64,000 nucleotides of DNA from a bacterium (GCA_963675755.2 CAXXMD010000003.1:160001-224000), one strand, 5' to 3'; numbered from the stretch's first letter, positions 21,703 through 31,800 are shown. Notes: generated from the letters alone by a model not told the origin. Translations and numbers: made by a program.

Positions 21703-22044
21703 TTATTTATCAAAAGCGTTAGTAGCCTCTTCCACAGTATCAAATGTATCAAAAATAGTGATTAATTTTGTGATCATGAACAAACTTTTTACTTTTTCTG
21801 TAACGCGAGACAATTTTAAATCACCATCTGCATTTCTCAGTGTGGTCATTGATCCCATCAATGCGCCTAAACCAGTACTATTCATCCATGTAACTTTACC
21901 TAAATCTATAACAACTTTTTTAACTCCGTCAGCAACCAGTTCTTTAACTTTAGTATGTATTGCTGCTGTTTCCGGGCCGCCCATTAATTTCCCTTTTAAC
22001 TCGATAATTGCAATATCACCTTGCATTTGCTCTTTAATAGGCAT
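21703..22044 (-). CDS. STAS-domain anti-sigma-factor antagonist
   Basis: 'VVIDLGKVTWMNSTGLGAL' with the phosphorylatable Ser. GGAGG RBS before ATG 22044. Confidence 0.92.
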   Translation of the reverse strand: MPIKEQMQGDIAIIELKGKLMGGPETAAIHTKVKELVADGVKKVVIDLGKVTWMNSTGLGALMGSMTTLRNADGDLKLSRVTEKVKSLFMITKLITIFDTFDTVEEATNAFDK

Positions 22045-22125
22045 TTTGTATTCCTCCAAATTATAATTTCAGATATCAATTTTGCTTAAGCAAAGATAAA
22101 ACATTTTTAGCTATAAATCAACTTT

Positions 22126-22869
22126 TTATTCACCGTTAAAACTGGGTTCAAGATATTGTTTGGCCTGGTTATTTTCCGGATTCAATTCAATTGCACGGTT
22201 AAAAATTTTAAAGGCCCTTTCCGGCCATCCACTGTCAAGGCACAACACACCGACCTCATTTATTCGGTTATCCATATCTTCTTTTCCCAGAATTTCTTCC
22301 AGGAGTTGTTTCAAGGATTTGTCAAATGCATTTGTAACATATCTTTCATTTTCAAAAAGATAGAGCAATACTGCAAGGTTTTTATCAGAGTCTTTTAATA
22401 CGCACTTTGCTTTTTCAATGCCGACCTTGAATAATCCCTCCATATTATTCACATAATAATCCAACAATACTTTGATCTGTTTGTAATCATCGCTGTCGGT
22501 TTTATAATATTCCAGCATGTATTTCAATTCTCGAGCAACAGTAGCTTTGTGAAACAACAGTCCCACATTGTTCATAAAATCAATTTCGTCGTCATTGGGT
22601 GTATACTTGAACGACTTTTCAACTCCCTCCTGGTAGGGATCGCCTATTCGTTTGAACAAGAGGTGTAAATCTTCTTTTGCTGTAAAAAGCAATTCAGAAA
22701 ACTTTTTCATCTTTTCAAATGAAACCTCACCTCCTGCAGAGTAATCCAGAAACAGCTTTGAAAACAGATTTTTTGCATACAAAAAATCTGCTATTACTTT
22801 ACGTAACAGCCACGATTTATTTGCAGCAATAAAAGGACTTACTTTATCTGACATTTTTACACCTGCCAC
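22126..22869 (-). CDS. Hypothetical helical protein with a C-terminal TPR
   Basis: 'G.L.L..GWPERA...FNRAIELNPEN..A..YL' TPR signature. Confidence 0.75.
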   Translation of the reverse strand: MAGVKMSDKVSPFIAANKSWLLRKVIADFLYAKNLFSKLFLDYSAGGEVSFEKMKKFSELLFTAKEDLHLLFKRIGDPYQEGVEKSFKYTPNDDEIDFMNNVGLLFHKATVARELKYMLEYYKTDSDDYKQIKVLLDYYVNNMEGLFKVGIEKAKCVLKDSDKNLAVLLYLFENERYVTNAFDKSLKQLLEEILGKEDMDNRINEVGVLCLDSGWPERAFKIFNRAIELNPENNQAKQYLEPSFNGE

Positions 22870-22910
22870 TCATAGATTAGATAAACAAAATTTACATTAA
22901 AAAATTTCAA

Positions 22911-24284
22911 CTAAATATGAATAATATCATTTTCGCCTTTAATAAAACTTGCAATATGGTCTGCTATCAATCTCTCCAGGTCACAATTCTGAACTGTATC
23001 CATATTCAGCAGATTTACCATTTTACTAGTATACAACCAACTTGCAACAATGTCAATCCTTTTGTTTGTTTTATTTACAGTTGGAGCGGAAAAAAATTCT
23101 AAAACGCGGTTAACAATTTCGCTCAACTCTTTATATTGTTTTTGCACTTCCAACTCTAAAAGACCATGGTTAGGCTTTACACAATAAAGCTTGATCATAC
23201 TCGCATCAAAATGCTCTAAAAACAAAATACAAGGTTTTAATCGGGCTGAAGGAATACTTCTTTTATGCACATCAATCTGCTTATTGATATCCGGATCATA
23301 ATTTTGTATTGCCTCATATTCAAGCAATAACGCTTCAAGCTCGGAACCCGCAAGACGAATTTCTACAGATCTGATCCTATCGCGAATACTTGAAATCTTT
23401 GCTTCTAAATTTTCTGTTTCACGAAAGTAGGAATTTACCCTTTCATACAAATTTCTGGATTTGCCAACGTACATGACTCTATCATTCACATCTCGCATAA
23501 GATAAATGCCCGGCAATTCGGGTAATCCGTTCAGATATTCCCTGTCAAATTGATATTGTGAAAAATCAATTGCTTCAGCTGTTGATTCACAATAATCGGC
23601 AATTTGAACAGCATCTTTTAAACCAAGGGTTTCACACAATTCAAAGGTTGCGGTAAATTGCTCCAGAAATAATTCAAACTGCTGATCGGGCGCTGCATTT
23701 TCCAGATGTGTCACTCCCAATGCACTCGAAATCTGACTGCTTTCACTGATTTTGTTTTCCGGTTGCAATCGCTGTAAAAGTCGTTTTAAAAAAATAATTT
23801 GACTACTAAACTCATGTCCCGTAACCTGCAAAAACATTCGTCTGAACAAAGAGACTTGATTACCAAAACCATCAAAAACAACAATTTGGCCATCTGCTTT
23901 CGCTTTAATCTCTTTGCAAATTCTTTTCAACTCATCATCAGAATATTCTTTGAGTTGTTTTTCAGTCAATAATATAGATTTTTCACCCCTGGGAAATGAA
24001 CGAATATCAAGACGAGCCCAGTCCCAAAATGAGAGTGACCGTTCAGGAACAGCTTTTATCAGAATAAAATCAGTGTCAAGATTAGAATTTTCTATTGGAT
24101 TTACCAAACACCAGGTGTGATCTTTAGATTTGACTATACGATTTGAAGTGGATACTGTGGATTGTACAAGCATATCACAGATGCCGGAATTCACTTCCGG
24201 CATCTTGAAAACATTCTTTACTATATCAGCAGAAGTTGCTTTGCCCCCATTTTGATCAAGAAAATCAATAATGCGTTCTATCAT
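22911..24284 (-). CDS. UvrC/Cho-type GIY-YIG endonuclease with a degenerate DnaQ-like N-terminal region
   Basis: 'LPELPGIYLMRD...MYVGKSRNLYERVNSYF...SELEALLLE...P..N'. Confidence 0.8.
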   Translation of the reverse strand: MIERIIDFLDQNGGKATSADIVKNVFKMPEVNSGICDMLVQSTVSTSNRIVKSKDHTWCLVNPIENSNLDTDFILIKAVPERSLSFWDWARLDIRSFPRGEKSILLTEKQLKEYSDDELKRICKEIKAKADGQIVVFDGFGNQVSLFRRMFLQVTGHEFSSQIIFLKRLLQRLQPENKISESSQISSALGVTHLENAAPDQQFELFLEQFTATFELCETLGLKDAVQIADYCESTAEAIDFSQYQFDREYLNGLPELPGIYLMRDVNDRVMYVGKSRNLYERVNSYFRETENLEAKISSIRDRIRSVEIRLAGSELEALLLEYEAIQNYDPDINKQIDVHKRSIPSARLKPCILFLEHFDASMIKLYCVKPNHGLLELEVQKQYKELSEIVNRVLEFFSAPTVNKTNKRIDIVASWLYTSKMVNLLNMDTVQNCDLERLIADHIASFIKGENDIIHI

Positions 24285-24299
24285 TAATTGCCTGGTTCA

Positions 24300-24764
24300 T
24301 TAAACCATTCTGGCTTTACCAAACAGAGCTACTCCCAATATTCCACCAACCAGCCCGAATATACTATTAATTATTAAATTAATAATTAATCCAATAATAA
24401 ACGTGCCTCCCGTCAGAGTTCGGGCGGGAATCTCGTCAAAAATGGATTGTATATCCGGATCACTGATGTATTGAGAGACAAAGTCCAAAAAATTAACAGA
24501 CAATGAGCCGGTAATACTGGTCAATACAACGGCAATAACCGCTCCGATAACACCTGCCAGAAATCCCAGCAATGCACCATCAGACATACTTACCCTGCCC
24601 TCCGGAGCCTGCTGCCTGCGATAAAGGTAAATGGTAAACATTCCACCACCAATTACCCCTGCACAACATGCACAGTTGATAAAATTTAGTATAGGAATGC
24701 CACTGACAACTCCAATTACAACTCCACCTAAAAGTGCCGAGTTCCATTTACTATTGTTGTCCAT
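24300..24764 (-). CDS. Integral membrane protein, Gly-rich, with an 'NCACC' motif
   Basis: About four hydrophobic helices. GGAG RBS. Confidence 0.75.
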   Translation of the reverse strand: MDNNSKWNSALLGGVVIGVVSGIPILNFINCACCAGVIGGGMFTIYLYRRQQAPEGRVSMSDGALLGFLAGVIGAVIAVVLTSITGSLSVNFLDFVSQYISDPDIQSIFDEIPARTLTGGTFIIGLIINLIINSIFGLVGGILGVALFGKARMV

Positions 24765-24788
24765 AATTCCACTCCATTATCTCTTGTC

Positions 24789-25901
24789 TTAGAAAAAAAC
24801 ACCCAAATCTCTTAATTCAGCATCATCCATTGCGTCCAAAGTAAATTGGGGCAATGCGGTTTCCATATCAACCGGGCGAATTTCCATACCTTTAATACCA
24901 ACCATTAATCCGGATTGGTTTTGGTGTACCAGTTCTACCGCTTTTCTACCAAAACGCTGACCCAGGTTGATATCAAACGCATTTGGTGCAAGACCACGTA
25001 AACTGAAGCCAATATTAGATTGACGTACACGGCTCAAACCAACACCCAATCCCTGAACCAGAATTCTTTGTATAATAACACCTGTACCACCGAGTTTCAG
25101 ATTGCCATGCGGATCGATTTCAGGATCTTCTGACAACATGGATTTCAATACGCCATCCTTGGCATCATCTGCTACTGCTTTTTTAAACAAGGGGTCGTTT
25201 TGATCAAAATTCACACCTTCAGACACAACAATATTGGCGTATCCTTTAGCATCATTAATCGATTTTACTTTTTCTACAAGTGCTTGTAGTTCAAAATTCT
25301 TTTCAGGTACAAGAATAACATCTGCACCGCTTGCAACCCCAGAAAAAAACGCAAGCCATCCAGCCTTACGGCCCATAACTTCGTTCACAGAAATTCTTGC
25401 ATGCGTATCAGCAGAAACAGAAGTGCTTCTAAATGCCTTTGTAGCAAAATCAATAGCAGTATGCGCTCCCAACATCCAATCGGTTTCACTGATATCATTA
25501 TCAATACTTTTTGGAATAGCAATTGTAGGGAAATTAATCTTGTGCATTCCCCACGCGGTGTTTACGGTGTCATTACCTCCGGTTGCAATAATAGCATCAA
25601 CACCCAGCTTTTTCAGGTTTCCCAACAATTTTTCTGGTGCCCATGAATTATTTTTATCATTAAAGGGAGCAAAACGGGAAGATCCCAAAATGGTGCTGGG
25701 GGCATCAAAAATAGATAACGCATCGTTGCTGTCCAACGGTACAATATAATCTTCAACATTATCAGCAGCTAAACCTTCAAACGCTTTTTTTACACCAATA
25801 AAAGTATCACCATATTTAGATGCGCCATGCAATATAGAACGGGCAATTGCCGAATTTATACCTGCACAATCACCACCACCGGTCACAAATGCAATTTTCA
25901 C
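24789..25901 (-). CDS. pfkA: 6-phosphofructokinase (PfkA family), PPi-type signature residues
   Basis: TGGGDCAGIN, TILGSSR, GGND, PKSIDND and EVMGR motifs. GTG start after AGGAG. Confidence 0.9.
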   Translation of the reverse strand: MKIAFVTGGGDCAGINSAIARSILHGASKYGDTFIGVKKAFEGLAADNVEDYIVPLDSNDALSIFDAPSTILGSSRFAPFNDKNNSWAPEKLLGNLKKLGVDAIIATGGNDTVNTAWGMHKINFPTIAIPKSIDNDISETDWMLGAHTAIDFATKAFRSTSVSADTHARISVNEVMGRKAGWLAFFSGVASGADVILVPEKNFELQALVEKVKSINDAKGYANIVVSEGVNFDQNDPLFKKAVADDAKDGVLKSMLSEDPEIDPHGNLKLGGTGVIIQRILVQGLGVGLSRVRQSNIGFSLRGLAPNAFDINLGQRFGRKAVELVHQNQSGLMVGIKGMEIRPVDMETALPQFTLDAMDDAELRDLGVFF

Positions 25902-25964
25902 AACATCTCCTTTATATTAATTTTTATCAAATATTTGAATTTAAATAATATATTGAATTTATAT

Positions 25965-25998
25965 AAAAAAAGACAGACAAAAAATCTTGCCTGTCTTT
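25965..25998 (-). terminator. Intrinsic terminator oriented on the minus strand, upstream of pfk
   Basis: AAAGACAGGCAA-GATTTT-TTGTCTGTCTTT followed by more Ts. One stem position is a G-U pair only in the minus orientation. Confidence 0.75.
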
Positions 25999-26333
25999 CT
26001 TTTTAGATAATACATTCGCCCTACCGATGTAATATCTTTGTGTAGAACTTTTTCCTGTCATCGTGGTTTGGCAGCCCCCTGCTCTATATCCACAATATGG
26101 AAGGAACAAGTTCCCCCATTTACTCAAGTGTGTTCCTCGAACACACCCCCTCATCTTATATGCGACCCCTCAAACTGTATAATCACTTCGAATAATGGCA
26201 TATATTAATATAGTGCCTTAAAATATGCAAAATCTTACACTTTATTTTAAAAATATCACTTTTTTTTGTATTTATTTCTTGTATATTAACTTTATACACG
26301 CTTTTTTTTGTCTTTTTGAGGAGATTCTTCAAA

Positions 26334-26969
26334 ATGGATCACAAACGACAAGGTACAAACGATATGACACTAGGTGACCTCCTCGACAACTGCACCAATC
26401 CCAACTCCCCTGTTTGGGAAAAAAGCTGGCAGGAATTCCTCAACAGGTATCAAAATTTCATCTATAAACTTGTATTAAATCGATGCAAAAGCTGGAATTT
26501 GCAACGTATTCAATGCCAGTTACAAGAAGAGGTTGATGACATTGTATTTATAATTATAAGACACTTTATTAAAGACGATTATCGTTTTTTAAAACAATTC
26601 CAAAACCGCGATAACCCACAGCTTTTTCTATTGTACCTATCTACACTCATCAATAGAATTACTAGAAGACATTTGGCAGTTCATTTCAACAAAATTTTAG
26701 ATAACCTTGATGAAGATCAGACAAAAGACACTTTGAAGGAAATATCCCCCGAAGCAGGTTGGGAAATTTACGAAGAACTGATACAAACGCTTCGCAACAG
26801 CATAATTAATAAACATCCCAATAATGAACGCAACATACACCTCTTTCTTATGTATACATGGACAGATATGTCGATTGATATGCTTACCCACAATGATTTT
26901 TACAAACCAATGGGGCAAAATGCCATATATACATTGATAAATCGCATGAGAAATAAAATAAAAGTGTAA
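26334..26969 (+). CDS. Divergent ECF-like RNA polymerase sigma factor
   Basis: GAGGAG RBS then ATG 26334. Region-2-like 'WQEFLNRYQNFIY...EEVDDIV...F.....F..YL..L..R'. Region-4-like 'RNIHLF.M....MS........M...AIY.LINRMRNKI'. Confidence 0.7.
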   Translation: MDHKRQGTNDMTLGDLLDNCTNPNSPVWEKSWQEFLNRYQNFIYKLVLNRCKSWNLQRIQCQLQEEVDDIVFIIIRHFIKDDYRFLKQFQNRDNPQLFLLYLSTLINRITRRHLAVHFNKILDNLDEDQTKDTLKEISPEAGWEIYEELIQTLRNSIINKHPNNERNIHLFLMYTWTDMSIDMLTHNDFYKPMGQNAIYTLINRMRNKIKV

Positions 26970-27030
26970 GATTTTAGTTATAAAACTACACTATATTAAT
27001 AACTGATAACTGTAAAAAGCAAGGTAGTTC

Positions 27031-27441
27031 ATGAGCAGCAGCATAATCGTTCATAAACTTTCAATAGGCAAAGTTTTATCTATAATTCAAGATGATCAAA
27101 ATAGAGAGAAAAATATCTTAGAGAATTATCCGGAATCTATTCATTATTATAATAGCTTAAAGGCCCGTTTCAACAAATTTGAAAATGACCCCAATCTCGC
27201 AAATTCGATATTCAACAGTATCCCGAAACAATGTTGCCAGGCCAACAAATCTTTTTTGAAAGATAACGATGATTTTTTTATCGCGTATACTATACTTTCA
27301 AAAAAGCAAGATATTCACATTAACAATGCTAAACAGTTTATTCATCATTTAAATAACTGCTATTGGTGTTTCATTGAATATAACCAGTTTATAAATGATG
27401 AATACTTTACTAACAAAGAAATTGAGACGGGGGTACTGTAA
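27031..27441 (+). CDS. Small cytoplasmic protein with an HxxxCxxC (ZAS/zf-HC2-like) motif
   Basis: 'FIHHLNNCYWCFIEY', plus an upstream CC pair that could supply the fourth ligand. AAGGT RBS. Confidence 0.65.
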   Translation: MSSSIIVHKLSIGKVLSIIQDDQNREKNILENYPESIHYYNSLKARFNKFENDPNLANSIFNSIPKQCCQANKSFLKDNDDFFIAYTILSKKQDIHINNAKQFIHHLNNCYWCFIEYNQFINDEYFTNKEIETGVL

Positions 27442-27445
27442 TAAT

Positions 27446-28558
27446 ATGCGTGAATTAAAAATAACATATGAGCAAATTCTGGAATATATTAATAATCCGG
27501 ATACCAAATCTATAAATATCAGTGAATTAAAAGAAAGCGATCCTGCTTGCTTTTCTCTTTTCACAATGATAGATAATAGCCTGAAACATGCAAATTCGCA
27601 AAATATAGGCACAGAAAACACCACCGCAGGATATCATGAACTCGAAATGATAATCCTGGAACAATTGAGTGGCAATGTTACCAGGTACAACTCGGAAAGA
27701 TTTTTATCTCTCATTACCAGTCATCCTGATTATTACAGAAGAATTCTGGACACCTTTGACACGGAATCCATTCAAGCAGTTAAACTTGAAAACATTGAAA
27801 TCTCAGACAATAACACCCTTATTGAAATAATAAAAGGTCATGAAAGCAATAAAGAAATCCATAAACAATCCACGTTCTTACAATTAAAACTAGTTCTAAA
27901 CCGTTTTTTTCAAAATCTTTTTATGCCAAACAAAAGACCACATTATGCTTTAATCGCAGTTGTCGTTATGACTTTTTCCATTCTCACATTTAAAACCTTT
28001 TTTCAGGAATCTGTTCATAATCCTGTCTATACAAAATATTTCCAATCTTCTAATTTACCTTGCGAATATTATGAAACCTCTACCAGAGGCAACGTTGTAT
28101 CTTTTGATTCAGATTCTCAATACAACAAGACACTAAATCAATTTAAATTCGCAATGGCTGATTATATTCAAAAAAACTATCAAGATGCAAAAAAATCACT
28201 CAACACTATCCTAACTGAAATTGAATCTGGCTCCACACAATCATTGAATACAAGTTCAAATGGAAAGCAACTATTAAGAGACATTTATTTTTACACAGGT
28301 ATTTGCGACCTGGCACTAGCCGGCAAAATGTTTGACACCTCTTTAATTGAATCTGCTTCTGATAGATTCAATACCGCAAAAAAACTGGTTCTTGAATCCA
28401 ACATGAAAGGAGGTGACCGAGAGTTCTTTTTCCTGGGTTTAACTTTTAACCTGCTGGGGAACGATTCACGCTCGCTTGAATATTTGGGGAACATTCAGGA
28501 AAACAGTATCTATTACAGAGATAGTCAAGTTATTGTATCGCAGCTAACGAACCGATAG
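27446..28558 (+). CDS. Single-pass membrane protein (anti-sigma-like) with a C-terminal TPR-like domain
   Basis: ATG 27446 lies 4 nt after the upstream stop, with a GGGGGT RBS. One TM segment (YALIAVVVMTFSILTF) preceded by KR. Then 'ETSTRG' and TPR-like helices (AMADY...NYQDA; YFYTGICDLA; FFLGLTF...G). Confidence 0.7.
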   Translation: MRELKITYEQILEYINNPDTKSINISELKESDPACFSLFTMIDNSLKHANSQNIGTENTTAGYHELEMIILEQLSGNVTRYNSERFLSLITSHPDYYRRILDTFDTESIQAVKLENIEISDNNTLIEIIKGHESNKEIHKQSTFLQLKLVLNRFFQNLFMPNKRPHYALIAVVVMTFSILTFKTFFQESVHNPVYTKYFQSSNLPCEYYETSTRGNVVSFDSDSQYNKTLNQFKFAMADYIQKNYQDAKKSLNTILTEIESGSTQSLNTSSNGKQLLRDIYFYTGICDLALAGKMFDTSLIESASDRFNTAKKLVLESNMKGGDREFFFLGLTFNLLGNDSRSLEYLGNIQENSIYYRDSQVIVSQLTNR

Positions 28559-28568
28559 GAGACAACGA

Positions 28569-28733
28569 ATGGAGTTATTTTACCTGTTAATGTCTGGTGT
28601 TGTTGCAGCTGTAACCAAAAGGCTGGTTGATATAAAAAATTTCCAACGGGAAACTGGCATCATTAAATCCCATGGAGGGGATGATCCGGATCCACCACCA
28701 CCCCCTCCCGACCCACCAGATCCCAATTGTTAA
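28569..28733 (+). CDS. Unannotated 54-aa peptide MELFYLLMSGVVAAVTKRLVDIKNFQRETGIIKSHGGDDPDPPPPPPDPPDPNC
   Basis: AGGAGA RBS overlaps the upstream TAG, with a 6-nt spacer to ATG. Pro codons are varied (CCG/CCA/CCC/CCT). A terminator hairpin follows directly. Shorter than any ORF in the track (60 aa minimum). Confidence 0.75.
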   Translation: MELFYLLMSGVVAAVTKRLVDIKNFQRETGIIKSHGGDDPDPPPPPPDPPDPNC

Positions 28734-28740
28734 TTAAAAC

Positions 28741-28770
28741 GGTCCTGCCCTTTTTTGCAGGGCCATTTTT
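28741..28770 (+). terminator. Intrinsic terminator / 3' stabilising hairpin after the peptide gene
   Basis: GGTCCTGC-loop-GCAGGGCC followed by ATTTTT. Confidence 0.7.
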
Positions 28771-28786
28771 CGTTAAAACCTGCCTG

Positions 28787-28815
28787 TTGCATTTGAATAT
28801 TTTTTGATTTATCTT
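28787..28815 (+). promoter_or_regulatory. Candidate sigma70-type promoter of the CHAT gene
   Basis: TTGCAT-N17-TATCTT between the terminator and the CHAT start. Confidence 0.4.
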
Positions 28816-28844
28816 GTAATTCAACTAATATTTCATATGTGAAA

Positions 28845-31800
28845 ATGAAAAAACTAATTCCAACATTACTCCTCTTGATATCAAGTTGTCTTGCTTTTGC
28901 AAATCAGGATAATGTGGAATATTATGACTTTCTTCAAACCCTGCAAGGCCTATCAGACAGCACACAGCTTGAACACACCTTGAACTATTTATATGACCAT
29001 CCTGATTTTTGGAAAATATATGAAAAAGCATATAGATTATTTACTTATACGGGTCAAAAAGAAAAGGCATATACTTTTTATGCAAATCTGGTAAATGACA
29101 AACAATATTCACCTTATGCAAATCTGTATTTGTCAAAACTCTACAGAGAAGACAATAAAGCTGATTTCGCCAAACAATATTTTATTTCCGGGTTAGAACA
29201 AAGACAAGATTATTATATTATCTCCGAGTATGCAAAAAATTATACCAATTCATCCCAAATTGACTCAATAGCAAAAAGCCTCTTAGACAGCACCCAATTA
29301 TTGATGGCTAATGGAATGAGTAATTACTACAAGGCCAAATACACTGAGGCAATTGACCTGCTTGAACAAGTATTACAGCATGACAATAATTTAAATTTAC
29401 AGATCATGCTTGGTTATTGTTACATTATCAATAACCAGCATCAACAAGCAGATTCGGTATTTGAAGCAGGTTACAATGATGCAATAAAACAATATAATAT
29501 AGACGGTCAGATTATTTTTTTACAATCATTGGGCAAACTAGCGCTTACACAGAACAACTATAATAAAGCAGAAACGCTGTTAAACAAAGCCCTGGAAAAA
29601 TCTGATGAAATCATAGATTACAGGCGTAAAATAACAACTTTTAATGAACTGGGAAAATTAAAACAAAAACAGGATAAAACAGATTCAAGCTTGGTATATT
29701 TTAATCTGGCCCAATCATACTCTGATAAATTTAAAGGGGAAATACAACTTGCTCAGGTCCTGAGAAATGGATACAATTTTCATCTACACCATCAATACTC
29801 TCAAGCAGTTCAATGCTACAAAGAATCTATCGAGTTGATTGAACCTAATGACTGGAATAATGAATTACGTGTAAAAAGCCTGCTTGTAACACTATATGAA
29901 CGTTTTGGCATGATCAGCCTCATGAACCAAATGCTTGCTGAATGTAAAGTTTTGGCAAATGAAAATAATTACATCAGCACACAAAAATGGGTAGAACTTC
30001 AGGAAATAAAAAATCAACTTTCATTAGATAATTTAGATATTCAAAGGAAAAACCTGGTTAAATTATATAATTATTATCTTAACAAAGGAAATAACAATTT
30101 ATACGGTTGCCTACACACACTTGCCAAGTCCTACATTATTGAGCATAAATATAAAAAAGCACAAACTTTTTATCAATTAGCACTCGATCAAGCTATTAAA
30201 ACAAACAATCAGAGTAAAATAGCATATTATTATGCCCGACTTGCATTTTGGGATATTAAATGCGATGAAACAGACAAAGCCTTGGCAAGGCTGGATTCGG
30301 CAAAAACAATAATTAATAAAATTGACGATTCATATATGGCCAGATTTGTATATAGAACAACGGGGTTGGCACATGAAAAAGCGGCTGATTATGACAGTGC
30401 ACTGGTCTATTATTACAAAGCTATACCTCATACTGAACGGCTTCGTAATAAATTATCAGCCGAAGATCTGAGAATTGGGGTCTTTTCAAGCGATGCCTCT
30501 ATTTACCAGGGTATTGCCCGCAGTTATTTGCAAAAGTACATCTCGAGCAACAATTCTTCCTTATTAGACAGCCTGTATAAATACGAAGAAAGCTTTAGAA
30601 GCCGTGCACTGAAAGACAGAATGGACAATCGAAATATTATGTCCGGTTCAGGCAAGCCGACTAATGAATACTCGCAAGCAATGGAGATGATTTCAGATTT
30701 ACAACAAAAACTGAGAAAACAGGCAGGGACAGAACACACAGATCCCGAATGGGACCAGTTAATGGGCGATCTTGAAGCTGCAAAATACACATTAATCCAG
30801 CAGCGTATATTTATGATTGACAGCTTAAAAACCAGTCAACAAAAAGATTCCGGTACATCTGTGCAATTGTCAGAAATCCGAAAGCAGCTTGAGAAAAACA
30901 ACGCGGGTTTACTTGAATACCACATTGACAGCGAAATCTCGTTTGTTCTAGTAGTAACACCTGACACCACCCATACAGTATTGCTTGCAACCTCCCAAGA
31001 TTCACTTTCAAAAAAAATAAAAAAACTAATGTCTCCATTGCATGATTTGCAAGAGCAAGATCCCAAGATCCCGTTTTATGCCCAAACAGCATATCAACTT
31101 TATGCGGAAATATTTAATCCCATTGAAAAAGAGATCAAACTGCCGGAGAACCTGCTGGTCATCCCGGATGGTCCATTAATGAATCTTCCATTTGAAATGC
31201 TAGTCACACATAAACCAAACAAAGCCGCTTATACCCCCTTGGACGAACCAGACTATAGCAATTCCTTTTTATTGAATCAATATTCATTATTTTACAGCCC
31301 CACCAGCAATATACTAAAAAAATCAGGCTTGAAATTGCTCAACAGACCCAACATGATGGTTTTTGCAAATCCGTTTTCAAATGTTAATGAAATTTCAGAC
31401 AATGTATTACAATACCGTTCACGTACCGGCTGGAATTTTCAGGCCCTCCCGTTTGCTGAACTGGAAGCAAATGAAATATCAAAATTAACTAGCCGGGTCA
31501 AGCTCTACAAACGACAAAACGCAATTGAAACCTACTTTTCCCAAAATGCATCCAAATATGACATTCTCCATCTTGCTACACACGCTTTTGTAGACACTTC
31601 ATTTGAAGCTTTTTCAGGCCTTATTCTTGCTTCCAGTGAGGATTCTACAAACGATGGAATTTTAATGGGTTATGAAATAGAAGACCTTGATCTGGATTGT
31701 GAACTGGTTACATTGAGTGCATGCGAAACCGGTAGAGGCAAAAATATGGCCGCAGAAGGATTGCTGGGCTTGCCCCGATTATTTATGGGAGCGGGAGCAA

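Noticed and set aside
21703-22044. STAS protein as part of the CHAT/sigma cassette
   Set aside because: It lies on the opposite strand four genes away in a housekeeping-like block, and STAS antagonists act on SpoIIAB/RsbW kinases, which are not seen here.
25927-26154. 75-aa minus-strand ORF
   Set aside because: It reads through the terminator hairpin into AT-rich spacer and has no recognisable motifs. Treated as probably non-coding, though not excluded.
28684-28724. C-rich microsatellite or sequencing artefact
   Set aside because: Codon variation (CCA/CCC/CCT/CCG with GAT/GAC), an RBS and a terminator fit a coding polyproline tract.
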